DNA of 64,000 nt, taken from Myxococcota bacterium (GTDB lineage: Bacteria > Myxococcota_A > UBA9160 > UBA6930). The translations under genes and the position numbers were made by a program. Positions within the stretch are counted from its first letter, which is position 1. Every line of letters starts with the position of its first letter. The stretch is taken from assembly GCA_965223415.1 (NCBI GenBank), contig OZ245002.1:5568001-5632000 (forward strand), in the 5' to 3' direction. Of this stretch, positions 63,734 to 64,000 are shown piece after piece. The notes under the pieces were generated by a model, which was not told where the DNA came from, ran no database searches, and saw only the letters and a list, made by a program, of their open reading frames with translations.

Positions 63734-64000
63734 CAGGCCGGCCTCGCGGGCCGCCTCTGCGAGCGCCTTCACGCGTCCGTGGTAGAGGAAGCCGTTGCGA
63801 TGGAACACGACCTCCTCGATCTGCTTCTCCCGGGCCTTGGCGGCGATCGCCGCACCCACCTTCTTCGCGGCCTCGACGTTCCCCGTCCCGGCGTCACCGG
63901 AGATCTGCTTCGAACGGGTCGACACCGTGGCGAGGGTCGCGCCGGAGGCCGGATCGATGAGCTGCGCGTAGATGTGCTTTGCGCTCCGGAACACGGTGAG
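63725..64000 (-). CDS. rplR: 50S ribosomal protein L18, 5'-truncated by window edge
   Basis: [30 protein letters not shown]. Confidence 0.97.
   Translation of the reverse strand, partial: LTVFRSAKHIYAQLIDPASGATLATVSTRSKQISGDAGTGNVEAAKKVGAAIAAKAREKQIEEVVFHRNGFLYHGRVKALAEAAREAGLRF

Overview
Very GC-rich bacterial chromosome segment; the gene set suggests a Myxococcota/deltaproteobacterial-type organism (inference only). Most of it is minus-strand housekeeping DNA: the end of the spc/alpha ribosomal operon (rplR to rplQ), argS, lepA-lepB, pyrR-pyrB-pyrC-carA-carB, recG, leuA with a Leu leader-peptide attenuator, hppA, an aminotransferase-hom-thrC-riboflavin synthase run, a Nma111-like protease, a TetR/LolA-like/ABC cluster, mgtE, khpA, bS22, a KATR-repeat histone-like protein and rpoZ. 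A 12.2 kb accessory island (about 13054-25262) reconstructs to a ~2.4 kb TetR/SDR/membrane-protein module hit by six insertion sequences (IS3/IS2-like, two nested IS21, IS5, IS630, IS1595) and bounded by Xer/dif-like 28-bp sites. Three signals stand out. (1) Gene junctions in core operons are repeatedly duplicated with a 35-38 nt period, each creating an 11-13 aa mini-ORF that bridges one gene's stop to the next gene's start. (2) An IS1595 has its 8-bp target duplication centred exactly on the spacer of a dif-like site. (3) An IS2-like element has a 17-bp target duplication at a stop/start overlap.
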